Source: a virus. Taken from it: a DNA stretch of 64,000 nucleotides. Below, piece by piece: positions 9,474 to 19,361 of the stretch (positions are counted from its first letter, which is position 1; each line of letters starts with the position of its first letter). The stretch lies in IMG/VR virus record IMGVR_UViG_3300045988_182866; one strand, written 5' to 3'. A model generated the notes under the pieces. The model saw only the letters and a program-made list of their open reading frames with translations. It was not told the DNA's origin and ran no database searches. A program made the position numbers and the translations under genes.

Positions 9474-10583
9474 TTGACTAGTCTTTTTCATTTTAAATAC
9501 TTGACAATGTTGGACCAGCAATATAATTCTGAAATTGAAATTCTTTTAGCCCAATTCCTTAGTGCTTTTGATGATTGTGTAATTAGAAGAGGCAAGGATG
9601 AAAATGGAAAAGAAAAATATATTGTTCCACGTTATCTTATCGGAAATAAAACACGGGTTTTTACCGACATTGTAAATGCCGCTGGTAATATTACCTTACC
9701 GGTTGTAGTTGGAGAGGTCCAGTCAATTGCTTTCGACAGTACAAGATCTTTTAATAAGCAGCTACAGCCAAGAACATATATGTCTCCTAAGGAGATAAGA
9801 TATAAACAGCCTACTCCTATTAAAATCAATCTTAGCGTAAATTTTTATACAAAATTCTTCGGAGATATTTGGCAAATGTTTACTAATTTTGCTGCATTTA
9901 CTAATCCCTATTTTTTTATATCCTGGCAGACTCCTCAGGAATTACAGACTGGCTCTCAAGAAATAAGATGTCAAGCTTTATGGGGCGGTAATTTTGTAAT
10001 TGATTACCCTCGAACAGCCGAAGAAAATCAAAATTGGCTTATTCATGGAACATCCGAATTTACTATTGAAGGATGGATTTTCAACAGGCCTTCTCAAAAA
10101 TTCGGAGTTATTACTTCGGTAGAGAACGAAATGGCTTATAATACAAATGTAGCTAAAATTGGAGAAAAAGGAATAGAATATTTTAATAAAGATGGATGGC
10201 CTTCCATTACTAATGTAATTGTCGATAATATTCGGTTGAGAAAAGGAATTGAAAATTATATTTCGATTGAATCTGAAAAAACTTTAATAATTGAAGGGCG
10301 GTCTTTTTTCGCCAATCAATGCACAGGACTCTTAGTTAAACCAGTTGATCCTATTGATTTAGAGCCAGAAGGACTGACCCCTGTTACCATTGATACAATT
10401 AAGATGGGAGAAGTTTCTGGATTTGCAATTACTGAAGAAATAATCTCAATGAGTGAAAATCTTATTAAATTTAAACTGCCTAAAAGTTTAGTTACAGGAA
10501 CTATATTTGACATTTATGTTTTTAATAATGCCGGATTTACTTCTATCTCAAAAGAAAAAGGATTCTTTATTAAGATTGTTTAA
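9474..10583 (+). CDS. Tail completion / sheath stabiliser protein, T4 gp15-like (tentative).
   Basis: Several segments resemble T4 gp15 as I recall it: KYIVPRYLIGNKT against KFIRVPITYASKE, TPIKINLSVNFYTKFFGDIWQMF against SPIKMIYELSIFTRYEDDMFQIV, and FTIEGWIFNRPS against LTFEVNGWMYPP. From memory only. Confidence 0.4.
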   Translation: MTSLFHFKYLTMLDQQYNSEIEILLAQFLSAFDDCVIRRGKDENGKEKYIVPRYLIGNKTRVFTDIVNAAGNITLPVVVGEVQSIAFDSTRSFNKQLQPRTYMSPKEIRYKQPTPIKINLSVNFYTKFFGDIWQMFTNFAAFTNPYFFISWQTPQELQTGSQEIRCQALWGGNFVIDYPRTAEENQNWLIHGTSEFTIEGWIFNRPSQKFGVITSVENEMAYNTNVAKIGEKGIEYFNKDGWPSITNVIVDNIRLRKGIENYISIESEKTLIIEGRSFFANQCTGLLVKPVDPIDLEPEGLTPVTIDTIKMGEVSGFAITEEIISMSENLIKFKLPKSLVTGTIFDIYVFNNAGFTSISKEKGFFIKIV

Positions 10584-10683
10584 ATTCCACACTTAAACAT
10601 TTTAAGAATATTTTAAAATAAAATGAAAGTATTTTAAATGGCAGCAAACTAAAGATTTAATAAAGACTTATTTTAAAGGACTT

Positions 10684-10689
10684 TAAATA
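10684..10689 (+). promoter_or_regulatory. Late-promoter-like TAAATA element upstream of the portal gene.
   Basis: ctttaaatatag lies 10 nt before the ATG. The same motif recurs upstream of other structural genes (see findings). Confidence 0.3.
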
Positions 10690-10698
10690 TAGAAAATT

Positions 10699-12507
10699 AT
10701 GGCAGAGACCAAAAAGAGATTTAAAACTAATCTTGGTAAAGCATTGTCCAAGCTTAGCCAGAATTCAAGAGTTCTTGGTAACTTTATTGAACTCGATACG
10801 GCGGGAGCGAATCCAAAATATGAATTATTTTACAATACAGGAATCCGCCGCAGGGAAGGGTTAGCTAATAATGCAGTCTCTGTCACTTATGATAAGCCTG
10901 ATGAAAAATTTGCCCAGGGAGTTTTCGGGCGTTATCCATACGGTTCAATTTATTATTCGACGCTTAACGACAACAAAAGCGCAAGACTCTATGAGTACAG
11001 AATGATGGCGCAGTACTCAGAAATTTTAAATGCTTTGGAGCATATTACTAATGAGTTTATTACGGTTGATGACCGGGGACGTGTCGCTACAATGAGGTAT
11101 TCCAAGCCTAATGCTGACGTAGTAGAGGAATCAACTCTTTTGGATGAATTTGATTATTTTCAAAAACTTTTCAATTTTGAAGAAAAAGGGTCTTCTTATT
11201 GTTGGCGTTATCTTGTCGAGGGAGAAGTTTTTCTGGAACTTATTGTAAATGATGCAAAACCTGAAAATTTAAAGGAAGGAATTTTAGGAGTAATTGATAT
11301 TTCGGCAGATCTTGTAGATACGATTTGGAAGTCAAAGGCTGCCCGAGTTATTGATTCCTTCATAGGAAGAAAGCCGATTTATGACCCGAATGACGGCAAT
11401 AAGATTCAAAAGATTGAATTAGTGCCTTATCAAGCTAATCAGCTTTTTTATGTTTATTCCGGACAATGGGATGCTGACGGAGAATATATGGTTCCTTTTA
11501 TTGAACGTGCAAGAAGGAGATATATCCAGCTTTCTTACATTGAAGATGCTATTGTAATTTATCGTTTGGTACGTGCTCCTGAACGATTAGTCTTTACAAT
11601 TCCAACAGGAAACATGACTCCATCTGCTGCTGAGCGTTATCTTAAAACGCTCATGGATAATTATTGGAAATCCAAAGTTATGGATATTAATACTGGGGAT
11701 ATTAGCCAACGCTATAATCCTCAAGCCATGACTGATGCTTACTATTTTGCTAAGCCTATGAATGGTGAAGCAATTAGTGTTACATCGTTAAAGGGCGGGG
11801 ATAATCTTGGGGAAATTAAAGACTTGGATTTCTTCTTAAAAGCTCTTTATCGAGATTTAAAAGTTCCTTCTTCTTATCTTAATTTTTCCGAAAAAGCAGT
11901 TAATTCTGATCCTAGCCAGATCTTGGTAGAAGAATTGCGGTTTGCTGATTTTATTACTGATATTCAACGTTCATTTGCTTATGCTTTAAAACAAGCCTTT
12001 ATTACTCATCTTAAGTTTAAAGGTTTATGGCAACGTTATCATCTTCATGAAAATCATATAGATATTAAGTTTAACCAGCCTGGTTCTTATTATCTCATGA
12101 GAGAGCTTCAAATTGCTCAAATGAGAAATGACATCTTTAATGCCGTTTCTTCTAATGAAATTATTTCTAAGATTTATGCCCTTAAGAAATATTTTGACTG
12201 GTCGGATAAGGAAATTCTTGCTAATATTGCATTCCTTAAGACTGAGGCGGCTTTGCTTTGGGAAATTGAACAGCGTCGTCAATATGGCCCTACTTGGAAA
12301 AATATGATTACAGGTGAAGGTGGAGAACAACCCGGCGGAGGAATGGGTGGAGAAGGGTTACCTAGTGAAGGTATGAATCTTGGGGGAGGTTCTCCAGAAG
12401 GTGAAATGGGAGGTTCTGAAAATCCGCCCGAATTTGGAGGCGGACCAGCGGCGACTAGTGAAATAGGAGCTCCAGAGGAAGGAGCCGGAGATATTCAACC
12501 CGTTTAA
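10699..12507 (+). CDS. Portal vertex protein (T4 gp20-like).
   Basis: IEDAIVIYRLVRAPERLVFTIPTGNMTPSAAERYLKTLM... and LDFFLKALYRDLKVPSSYL align with the gp20 core, which I recall as [39 protein letters not shown]... and IRWFRQALYMALRVPLSRI. Gly/Glu-rich C-terminal tail. Confidence 0.85.
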   Translation: MAETKKRFKTNLGKALSKLSQNSRVLGNFIELDTAGANPKYELFYNTGIRRREGLANNAVSVTYDKPDEKFAQGVFGRYPYGSIYYSTLNDNKSARLYEYRMMAQYSEILNALEHITNEFITVDDRGRVATMRYSKPNADVVEESTLLDEFDYFQKLFNFEEKGSSYCWRYLVEGEVFLELIVNDAKPENLKEGILGVIDISADLVDTIWKSKAARVIDSFIGRKPIYDPNDGNKIQKIELVPYQANQLFYVYSGQWDADGEYMVPFIERARRRYIQLSYIEDAIVIYRLVRAPERLVFTIPTGNMTPSAAERYLKTLMDNYWKSKVMDINTGDISQRYNPQAMTDAYYFAKPMNGEAISVTSLKGGDNLGEIKDLDFFLKALYRDLKVPSSYLNFSEKAVNSDPSQILVEELRFADFITDIQRSFAYALKQAFITHLKFKGLWQRYHLHENHIDIKFNQPGSYYLMRELQIAQMRNDIFNAVSSNEIISKIYALKKYFDWSDKEILANIAFLKTEAALLWEIEQRRQYGPTWKNMITGEGGEQPGGGMGGEGLPSEGMNLGGGSPEGEMGGSENPPEFGGGPAATSEIGAPEEGAGDIQPV

Positions 12508-12517
12508 TGTAATTTAT

Positions 12518-12730
12518 ATGAAAACAAACTCACTTCCCCAACAATATAAATCCGAACCATTAAAACACATAAAGGAAGACGATGATTCGATTTATAAATT
12601 TTATCAACAATCATATCTTTTGAAAGATCCACAGTTTGTAGAAGCTATAAAAAAGAGTCCAGAATATTTAGATCTTGTTGAGTCAGTAGAAAATTTTTTG
12701 ACTGAATTAAGAAATCACAATCACAAATAA
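12518..12730 (+). CDS. Small acidic protein, possibly a gp67-like prohead core protein.
   Basis: 70-aa ORF 10 nt after the portal stop, in the position that gp67 occupies in T4; acidic. Position-based inference only. Confidence 0.3.
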   Translation: MKTNSLPQQYKSEPLKHIKEDDDSIYKFYQQSYLLKDPQFVEAIKKSPEYLDLVESVENFLTELRNHNHK

Positions 12731-13038
12731 GTATTTTTAATAGCTTTCCCCAAATCACTATTTTCCTCAATTCTTAACATTTGTATATCTTTTACTGACT
12801 CACTAAACCAAGTCAATTGTTTTGCTAATTTTTGAACTGCCAAAACGCATGATACTGCATTTATCTTATCTTTATCTCCAAAATATACTGATTCCTGTTG
12901 CCTTTTAAAACCTTCTTTTACTAATACTTTTTCAATATCTTTATAAGCATTATTCCATGAAGTATTATAATACAAAGCTTTCAATTTATCTGTATCTAAA
13001 TCAAACACAATCGCATACATACGTTCATTATTAGACAT
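12721..13038 (-). CDS. vapD: VapD / Cas2-like endoribonuclease homolog. The likely start is the MYAIVFDL Met at 13020.
   Basis: MYAIVFDLDTDKLKALYYNTSWNNAYKDIEKVLVKEGFKRQQESVYFG...KLAKQLTWFSESVKDIQMLRIEENSDL matches the VapD family along its full length: MYAIAFDL start, GFxRxQGSVY, L.W...V.DIR.FRIE.WSD. Confidence 0.65.
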   Translation of the reverse strand: MSNNERMYAIVFDLDTDKLKALYYNTSWNNAYKDIEKVLVKEGFKRQQESVYFGDKDKINAVSCVLAVQKLAKQLTWFSESVKDIQMLRIEENSDLGKAIKNTYL

Positions 13039-13106
13039 GCAATTATTTATAATATATTGTCTATTAATTTGTTATTGTAAATGAAACGTCAAGCTTGTGT
13101 AAAGTT

Positions 13107-13922
13107 TCACTCAATATCATACTGAATTCCACCATTGTTTAAAGCATTTTGAAGGTCATTTTCTACACTACAGTTATTAAATTTAACATAACTTAAACGG
13201 TTGGCTTTCTGAGTAAGAAAATCTGTGTTAGAAGTATTCAATACGGTATGATCTCCATTAATAATCAAAGTCTGGATAACATTATTGGAAAGATTAATAT
13301 TTTGAATTTGCGAATTTAAATTTATTTCAAAGGTTCCTGTGATTAATGAATCTCTTATATCAAGATAAGTAAATCTCATTTCTGGGGCTAAATTCAAATA
13401 ACAAAGATTTGTTTCATAGACAGTTAATTCTGGACAAGAAGGAAGATTCAATTCTAAAGAAGTAATATTTTGATTTCTGGAAGTAAAACTCTTGATTAAA
13501 TCTTTATTCTGAATAATCATACCGCTTGAATCAAGGGCAACAGGAGAAAATATTAAAGAATTAATTGCCTGATTTCCTTCATAAATTGTAAATTGTGCAT
13601 TAATATCTTCTTCGGTTGAATTAATGTCAAGGTATCTAAAAACTTTATTATTTGTTTCTACATAAAGCTTTCTTGTTTCTGTTTCGGCAACTTGGTTAAT
13701 ATGATAACCAAAAGATACTGTATTAATATCTGGTAATAAAGTTAAAGCAATACAGTCGGGAGATAATGTATTTTTATATTGAACAAACCTGGCTGTTTGG
13801 TTAAGATCCGATAATTCTCCATTATCTGATAATCCAGGTAAAAAAACTTGATTATCATTAGGAAGTAAATTTTCTAATGATGATGAAGTAATTTGGGAAA
13901 GTTTAATATAGCTATCGGACAT
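13107..13922 (-). CDS. Leucine-rich-repeat protein, 271 aa.
   Basis: Repeats such as LELNLPSCPELTVYETNLCYLNLAPEMRFTYLDIRDSLITGTFEINLNSQIQNINLSNNVIQTLIINGDH follow the LxxLxLxxN pattern. Confidence 0.45.
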   Translation of the reverse strand: MSDSYIKLSQITSSSLENLLPNDNQVFLPGLSDNGELSDLNQTARFVQYKNTLSPDCIALTLLPDINTVSFGYHINQVAETETRKLYVETNNKVFRYLDINSTEEDINAQFTIYEGNQAINSLIFSPVALDSSGMIIQNKDLIKSFTSRNQNITSLELNLPSCPELTVYETNLCYLNLAPEMRFTYLDIRDSLITGTFEINLNSQIQNINLSNNVIQTLIINGDHTVLNTSNTDFLTQKANRLSYVKFNNCSVENDLQNALNNGGIQYDIE

Positions 13923-14676
13923 TGATCGGAATAATATTTTTATCTGCTGCTATTTGAAGTTCGTTTTCTGTGAACTGTTCATTAAGGTAATTCACCATAT
14001 AAAATGGAGTAGGGACATTATAAGGACTTAATGAAGAAATAAACGGAGTAATATTACTCATATTATTACTCATAATTCTTCCATGGGTAAAATTACTTAA
14101 AATATAATATTTTTTATGAAGTTTAGAATATCCTAGAATAATTTTAATAGAATTGCCTTCATCTACATTTAAAGTATTAAAATTATGAAGATTTCTAATA
14201 TCTAAAATATCAGTATCAATCGTATTTGGTCCATTAAAATAAATTGTTCTTATTGTCGGGCAAGCTGAAAGGTCTAATTTACCAACCGTTCCGGTATAAA
14301 TGAATAATGAAACGGGAGAGCCTTCTTTACATGTAATATAGCAGCTTTTATCAAAAGCTAAATCAAAATTTACCGGAATAGTCCCGGTAATGGGACTATA
14401 TGATGTACTTACTTCAGAATAAGGATATTGTATTATTGTTGTCTTAGTACCTCCAGCCGAATCATCATAGCAACTTATTGTTCCGTTAGATGTCCATTTA
14501 CTCCAAATAAAACGTCCTTTGGGAAAGACCATAGTAGTTGGCTTAAGCATATCACCTAATTCTTCTATTAAGAGAGAAGCTTTAATAGAAGATTCATCTT
14601 GTAAAATCAATATTGGACTTTTCAATCCAAGAGATTTACATTTCTCTAAATCACTAAATTGTACAATATTAGACAT
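13912..14676 (-). CDS. Hypothetical protein with an LRR-like C-terminal segment, 254 aa.
   Basis: KLDLSACPTIRTIYFNGPNTIDTDILDIRNLHNFNTLNVDEG is LRR-like. Overlaps both neighbours by 1-11 nt, suggesting an operon. Confidence 0.35.
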   Translation of the reverse strand: MSNIVQFSDLEKCKSLGLKSPILILQDESSIKASLLIEELGDMLKPTTMVFPKGRFIWSKWTSNGTISCYDDSAGGTKTTIIQYPYSEVSTSYSPITGTIPVNFDLAFDKSCYITCKEGSPVSLFIYTGTVGKLDLSACPTIRTIYFNGPNTIDTDILDIRNLHNFNTLNVDEGNSIKIILGYSKLHKKYYILSNFTHGRIMSNNMSNITPFISSLSPYNVPTPFYMVNYLNEQFTENELQIAADKNIIPINVR

Positions 14677-16532
14677 TATAGATAGAAAAGCCAGTTATAA
14701 GTTTTAAGAGTATCTAAAGTTTTGGCAATGGCTTTAGAAGAACCCTGAATACCGCCTGAAGTATATTTTTTACCGTACATGTATATAATTCCAGCTTCTT
14801 TCCCGAATCTATTCGGAAGAAGATTAAGAAATTTTTCCAAATTTGCCTTATTTGTTAAAAGATTGGTTTCTGAAATATTAATATACTGCAAGTCATTTTG
14901 AACATTAATAACTCCTTCTCCAAATGTATCGGGATTTTTTAACTTAATTCCAGTAATATCAAGGCTTGTTAATGTCAGCTGGTCAAAAACTAATTCCAGA
15001 TCAACTTTAGAAGTATTAAGGTCAGATAAATCAATTCTACTAATTTTGGTATTTGAGATATTAAGATATTCTAATTTAGAATCAGTGCCTTTGGGAAGAA
15101 TTAATCTAGTGAGCTGGGAACAATTAGAAACATTAATACTAGTAAGATTGGAATTTGCTGATAAATCCAATTCTTGAATAGGATTGTCACTTAAATCTAA
15201 TATTTGAAGATTGGAACAACTTTTTAAGTTAATTCGAGCTATTTTTTTACCTGGATTTTCAAAAGAAGTGATACTGCCTTTATCTCCGGAAATTTTTAAT
15301 GTTTTATTTTTCTTTTGGAAATAGTCAAAATTAAAAGTTTCATCTGCCGGAAACCATTCTTTGTCAAAAGTAATTTTTCCAGAACTTAAATCAATTTGAT
15401 TTTGTCGATTATTAAAGAACCAATCAATATTAACATTTCCTGTTCCTCCAATATTATAAGAATAATTATCAAAACAATAATTAACTAAATCAACAGAAGA
15501 CTGGAAAATAACTCCGTTCAGAGTATACCTATACTCTGAACGGATGAATGCTTTAAAATTAAAATCCCTAACAACAATAGTCCCTACACCTGGCGTTGAG
15601 TAACATCCCCATTCCGGAGCATTTTTATATGTAGCAGCATCGGTAGAAGCTATAAAATTTTCACGAATAATATTCCAATCTCCGGTTGTTTCATCTAAGA
15701 TATATAATCTGCCGATGATGCCATCATCGGCAGAAGGAGCATATTCAAATTTGAATTTTTTAAAAGATAATCCATCCCAGCCTTCTACAGGAGCACAATT
15801 AGCTAAAGGCTCGCTAACTGAATTACCTATATAAACCATCCAGGTATCTGTAGCTGAATCATAGATATTTCTAAAATTCACAACAAATCTAAATTGAAGA
15901 TTTGGTTTATTATTATCATAAGCTCCAAATGAAATGAAAGAGTGCTGGTTAGGTCTATTTTTAAAGAAGTTCCTATCAATGACATTGATAGGAGTAAAAT
16001 TATATGGCGAAGGCCTCTGAATCTTCATTGGAGGAAGAGCTACAGTAAATGTAGATTCTCCAATGCCTGTACTTTTAATTTGTTCTTGTTGCTCATTGGT
16101 TAATTGTTTGTAATAATAAGCAATTGTGCCTGTTGACGTATCATTAATCCAAACACCTTCTTCATTTAAAAGAGGGGCAGTTTGTTCATCTGGCGTACCA
16201 ATATTACAATTTGCATAAAGTGAACCATACCTTGACCATTTTCCATTTTCTTCTAGCATGGGGTCAGGATTTTCCGGATTCCATGTATAATTCCCAAATG
16301 TATAAAATCCGCCTGGAATTAATTCCAGTCTTTGAATATCATCCAATTCAAAGGAAAGAAAATCTTGCTGATTATCTAGAGTATGAGTAAAACCTTTACA
16401 TGCGTCAACTAATGTATTAAAATCAGCCCTTTTGCTAATAAAATTATCATTAATTAAAACATTGTTGCTCATAAAAGGTCGATAGTATTTAAATGGAAAA
16501 AGAGAACTGAGAATTAAGATTTTAAATATCAA
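14676..16532 (-). CDS. Large leucine-rich-repeat protein, 618 aa, or about 598 aa if it starts at the internal MSNNVL Met.
   Basis: The C-terminal third is a clear LRR array (IARINLKSCSNLQILDLSDNPIQELDLSANSNLTSINVSNCSQLTRLILPKG..LEYLNISNTKISRIDLSDLN). The N-terminal two-thirds is probably a beta-rich domain. Confidence 0.55.
   Translation of the reverse strand: MIFKILILSSLFPFKYYRPFMSNNVLINDNFISKRADFNTLVDACKGFTHTLDNQQDFLSFELDDIQRLELIPGGFYTFGNYTWNPENPDPMLEENGKWSRYGSLYANCNIGTPDEQTAPLLNEEGVWINDTSTGTIAYYYKQLTNEQQEQIKSTGIGESTFTVALPPMKIQRPSPYNFTPINVIDRNFFKNRPNQHSFISFGAYDNNKPNLQFRFVVNFRNIYDSATDTWMVYIGNSVSEPLANCAPVEGWDGLSFKKFKFEYAPSADDGIIGRLYILDETTGDWNIIRENFIASTDAATYKNAPEWGCYSTPGVGTIVVRDFNFKAFIRSEYRYTLNGVIFQSSVDLVNYCFDNYSYNIGGTGNVNIDWFFNNRQNQIDLSSGKITFDKEWFPADETFNFDYFQKKNKTLKISGDKGSITSFENPGKKIARINLKSCSNLQILDLSDNPIQELDLSANSNLTSINVSNCSQLTRLILPKGTDSKLEYLNISNTKISRIDLSDLNTSKVDLELVFDQLTLTSLDITGIKLKNPDTFGEGVINVQNDLQYINISETNLLTNKANLEKFLNLLPNRFGKEAGIIYMYGKKYTSGGIQGSSKAIAKTLDTLKTYNWLFYL
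16524..16529 (+). promoter_or_regulatory. Late-promoter-like TAAATA element.
   Basis: ttttaaatatcaaaaATG, 5 nt upstream of the 16535 start. Confidence 0.3.
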
Positions 16533-16534
16533 AA

Positions 16535-17677
16535 ATGAGTAATCAAGATGTCTGTGAAATTAAGCCCGTAAAGGCATTTTTATCTACAAATCTGAATAAT
16601 AAAACCAAAACATTTAAAGATTTGGCTGATCGAATTATGCGGAGTCTTGGTTATCCTATTGTCAGCGTAGAGCTGCACCGCGATATGGTTTTTGAATTTA
16701 TTTCAATTGCTATTGAATTCTTTTCCAAATATGTCCAGGACCGGGAAATTCTTTTATTTGATTCTAGAATTTACGAAAAAGGAAAAGGAATTAATATCGG
16801 CAAACTTTGTACAATCGCTTCCAAAGCAGCAGCTCAAGAAGGACATGTAAGGCCTGAAAATCTTTTTAATAAGACATATGATAAAACTATTGAACGGTTA
16901 GAACGTGTTTATATTGCCCTGCGGGATATACCGGCTGAAGAGCTACCTTCAACATGGGACAGGCCTGTTAAGAATTGCGAAGTGATTACTGCTGAGCAAT
17001 ATGATGAAATTACTACATATAATTCTTCATTATGTGGATTCTTCAAGATTAGTAAAAAACAAGATTTTACCATTGAAGGAGAAAAAGTAGATAATGTCCC
17101 AACTGAATTTGCCAATGCCTTTGACTATGACTTGATGGATTACAGGCGGTGTGCTCAAGTAATCAGTTATGATGAAAGTTCTAATAGAAGTCCTTATTCA
17201 TTATTTTCTATTCAAAGTGTTCTTTCAGCGCAAGCTTTTTATAGTTACCAGTTTTCAAACCGTGGATTCGACCTTCTTAGTTTTCACTGTCTTCAAGAAT
17301 TTTTGAAAACGCGCCGAAGAGTTCTCGCTTTAGATCGTTCTTTTTACTTTAATCCTGAAACGCAGTATTTTACAATTCTTCCTGAACCTCGATATACCGA
17401 TTCATTTTATGCGGTTCTTCAAGTTTATCTGGAAAAACCGCTTAGAGAGATCTTGCGTGAAATGTGGGTATACAAATATTCTCTTGCTCAAGCTAAAGTA
17501 GCATTGGGATCAATTAGAGGAAAATTTGGTTCTGTTGCTCTTACTGGAGGAGGTCAATTAACAGATGGTCTTGGATTACGGGCAGAAGGCCAAAGAGAAA
17601 TTGAAGAACTTGAAAAAGAACTTATTGACCGAAATGCTTTTGGAGTAAAAGAAAATCCGTTGTTCTTTGTTGGATAA
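16535..17677 (+). CDS. Neck protein, T4 gp13-like (tentative).
   Basis: FKDLADRIMRSLGYPIVSVELHRDMVFEFISIAIEFFSKY resembles the gp13 N-terminus as I recall it ([37 protein letters not shown]). The C-terminal GGGQLTDG...EELEKEL resembles the gp13 C-terminus. From memory only. Confidence 0.5.
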   Translation: MSNQDVCEIKPVKAFLSTNLNNKTKTFKDLADRIMRSLGYPIVSVELHRDMVFEFISIAIEFFSKYVQDREILLFDSRIYEKGKGINIGKLCTIASKAAAQEGHVRPENLFNKTYDKTIERLERVYIALRDIPAEELPSTWDRPVKNCEVITAEQYDEITTYNSSLCGFFKISKKQDFTIEGEKVDNVPTEFANAFDYDLMDYRRCAQVISYDESSNRSPYSLFSIQSVLSAQAFYSYQFSNRGFDLLSFHCLQEFLKTRRRVLALDRSFYFNPETQYFTILPEPRYTDSFYAVLQVYLEKPLREILREMWVYKYSLAQAKVALGSIRGKFGSVALTGGGQLTDGLGLRAEGQREIEELEKELIDRNAFGVKENPLFFVG

Positions 17678-17742
17678 AGACATTTATTTTCGTTAAATTC
17701 ATTCAATTAATACCTTAAAGAATTCAGATATATTTTATTCTT

Positions 17743-18672
17743 TTGTCTATGATAAAAAGACAAAGAAGATTTTTAAACACTGAAATTTTTATAGAATTAG
17801 CAAAACAAATTCATGGAAGCAAATATGATTATTCAAAAGTCAGCTATAAAAATGCTAATACAAATGTTTTAATAATTTGTCCTATTCATGGTTTGTTCAG
17901 TCAAAATCCAAGATCTCACCTAAAAGGGTTTGGATGTGCAAAATGTTCAAATCGAACAGCTAAGACTACTGAAGATTTTATCAAAGAATCAAAGCAGGTT
18001 CATGGAGACAAATATGATTATTCAGAAACAGTTTACGTCAATAATCACACAAATGTAAAAATCTTTTGCAAAAAAGATAAAATATTCTTTATACAAAATC
18101 CTAGAGTTCATCTTCAAGGAACGGGATGTCCCAAGTGTGCAAGAAATCAAAAGTTGACAACTAAGGGATTTATAGAAAGAGCTATAGCTATTCATGGTAA
18201 CAAATATGATTATTCTTCAGTAGTTTATCAATCACATGCCAAAAAGATTATTATAATTTGTCCTATCCATGGGCCTTTCGAGCAAAGAGCAAATGGTCAT
18301 TTGAACGGCAAAGGCTGTTATAAATGTGCAAAGAGTTATAAGCGTTCAAGGGGAGAGATTGAACTTTGTAAATTTATTAAATCAATTTATTCCGGTCAAG
18401 TTTTGGAGAATGACAGAACAGTTATTAAGCCAAAAGAACTAGACATTTATCTTCCTGAATTAAAGTTGGCTCTTGAATATAATGGCGAATATTGGCATGA
18501 TGAAACTAAGAAACGAAAACCGGGTTATCATAAAGAAAAGCAAAAAGCTTGTGAAAAGAAAGGCATTAAATTAATTGAGGTTTGGGATTCAGAATGGCAT
18601 GCAGATAAAGATAGATTTAAAAATCTTATTCAAGAAGTAATAAATTCTATTCAATCACCTTTAAAAATTTAG
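17743..18672 (+). CDS. Homing-endonuclease-like protein with three zinc-ribbon repeats and a C-terminal PD-(D/E)XK (Vsr/DUF559-like) nuclease domain.
   Basis: Three ~55-aa repeats of HGxKYDYSxVxYxNxxTxVxIICPIHGxFxQxPxxHLxGxGCxKC (C, H, C, C ligands), followed by ELDIYLPELKLALEYNGEYWHD...GIKLIEVWDSEW. A paralog lies at 33432-34409. Confidence 0.6.
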   Translation: MSMIKRQRRFLNTEIFIELAKQIHGSKYDYSKVSYKNANTNVLIICPIHGLFSQNPRSHLKGFGCAKCSNRTAKTTEDFIKESKQVHGDKYDYSETVYVNNHTNVKIFCKKDKIFFIQNPRVHLQGTGCPKCARNQKLTTKGFIERAIAIHGNKYDYSSVVYQSHAKKIIIICPIHGPFEQRANGHLNGKGCYKCAKSYKRSRGEIELCKFIKSIYSGQVLENDRTVIKPKELDIYLPELKLALEYNGEYWHDETKKRKPGYHKEKQKACEKKGIKLIEVWDSEWHADKDRFKNLIQEVINSIQSPLKI

Positions 18673-18733
18673 ATTTTTTATAAAATATAAAATGTAATTA
18701 CGTTGCCGTAATTCATTTTATTATTTGTGGTTA

Positions 18734-18776
18734 AAAATCCGAAGAACTTTAATTAGTTCTTCGGATTTTTTGTTTT
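18734..18776 (+). terminator. Rho-independent terminator.
   Basis: aaaatccgaagaac/gttcttcggatttt stem followed by a T-run. Confidence 0.55.
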
Positions 18777-18823
18777 TACATTAATCACCTTCGATTTTAA
18801 AGAAAAGAGTATAATAGTAATAA

Positions 18824-19360
18824 ATGGGATTGTTTAAATCAAATATTCAAAAAACAATAAAGAAATTAAAAGAGGATCAATTAAACAAAATTGAACCCCT
18901 GAAATTATCTTTTAATGTTCTTATTCAGCGGTTGAATAACGAACGAAGAAAATTAAAAGATTTAGAAGAGCTTATTAAACTTCAAGAATCTTCTAAAGAT
19001 ATTGCTCAAAGGAGAGGAAAAGATATTTTAGTAGAAGAGTATGAAAAGCAAATTGAAAATACTCTTGAAAAATGTAATAAACAAGAAGCATTAATTGTTC
19101 AACTTCAACCTGTAATTAATAATTGTAAAAAAATTATTGAGGCCTTGGAAGAGAACTTTCAAGCTAAGTTATTTGATTTAGAAGTCCTGGCTAATATGCA
19201 GTATGCTTCAGATTTAACAGATGGAATCTCCTCAATTGGAGGAAGTAAGCATTCATCTAAAAATAATAAGATTTTAGTAAACAAAATTAAAAGAAAACTT
19301 GAGGCTGAATCTGAACGATTGATTGCCAAGTTTGATGTGGAACAAGATATAAACCTTTGA
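18824..19360 (+). CDS. Coiled-coil protein, 178 aa. The N-terminal MGLF... start faintly recalls PspA/IM30.
   Basis: Heptad-rich, charged, helical sequence. The PspA resemblance is weak and not asserted. Confidence 0.35.
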   Translation: MGLFKSNIQKTIKKLKEDQLNKIEPLKLSFNVLIQRLNNERRKLKDLEELIKLQESSKDIAQRRGKDILVEEYEKQIENTLEKCNKQEALIVQLQPVINNCKKIIEALEENFQAKLFDLEVLANMQYASDLTDGISSIGGSKHSSKNNKILVNKIKRKLEAESERLIAKFDVEQDINL

Positions 19361-19361
19361 T

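Noticed and set aside
18824-19360. PspA/IM30 (ESCRT-III-like) assignment for the coiled-coil protein.
   Set aside because: Only the MGLF start and general coiled-coil character match. The protein is 178 aa, short of the roughly 220 aa expected, and lacks a clearly conserved core, so it is kept as hypothetical.
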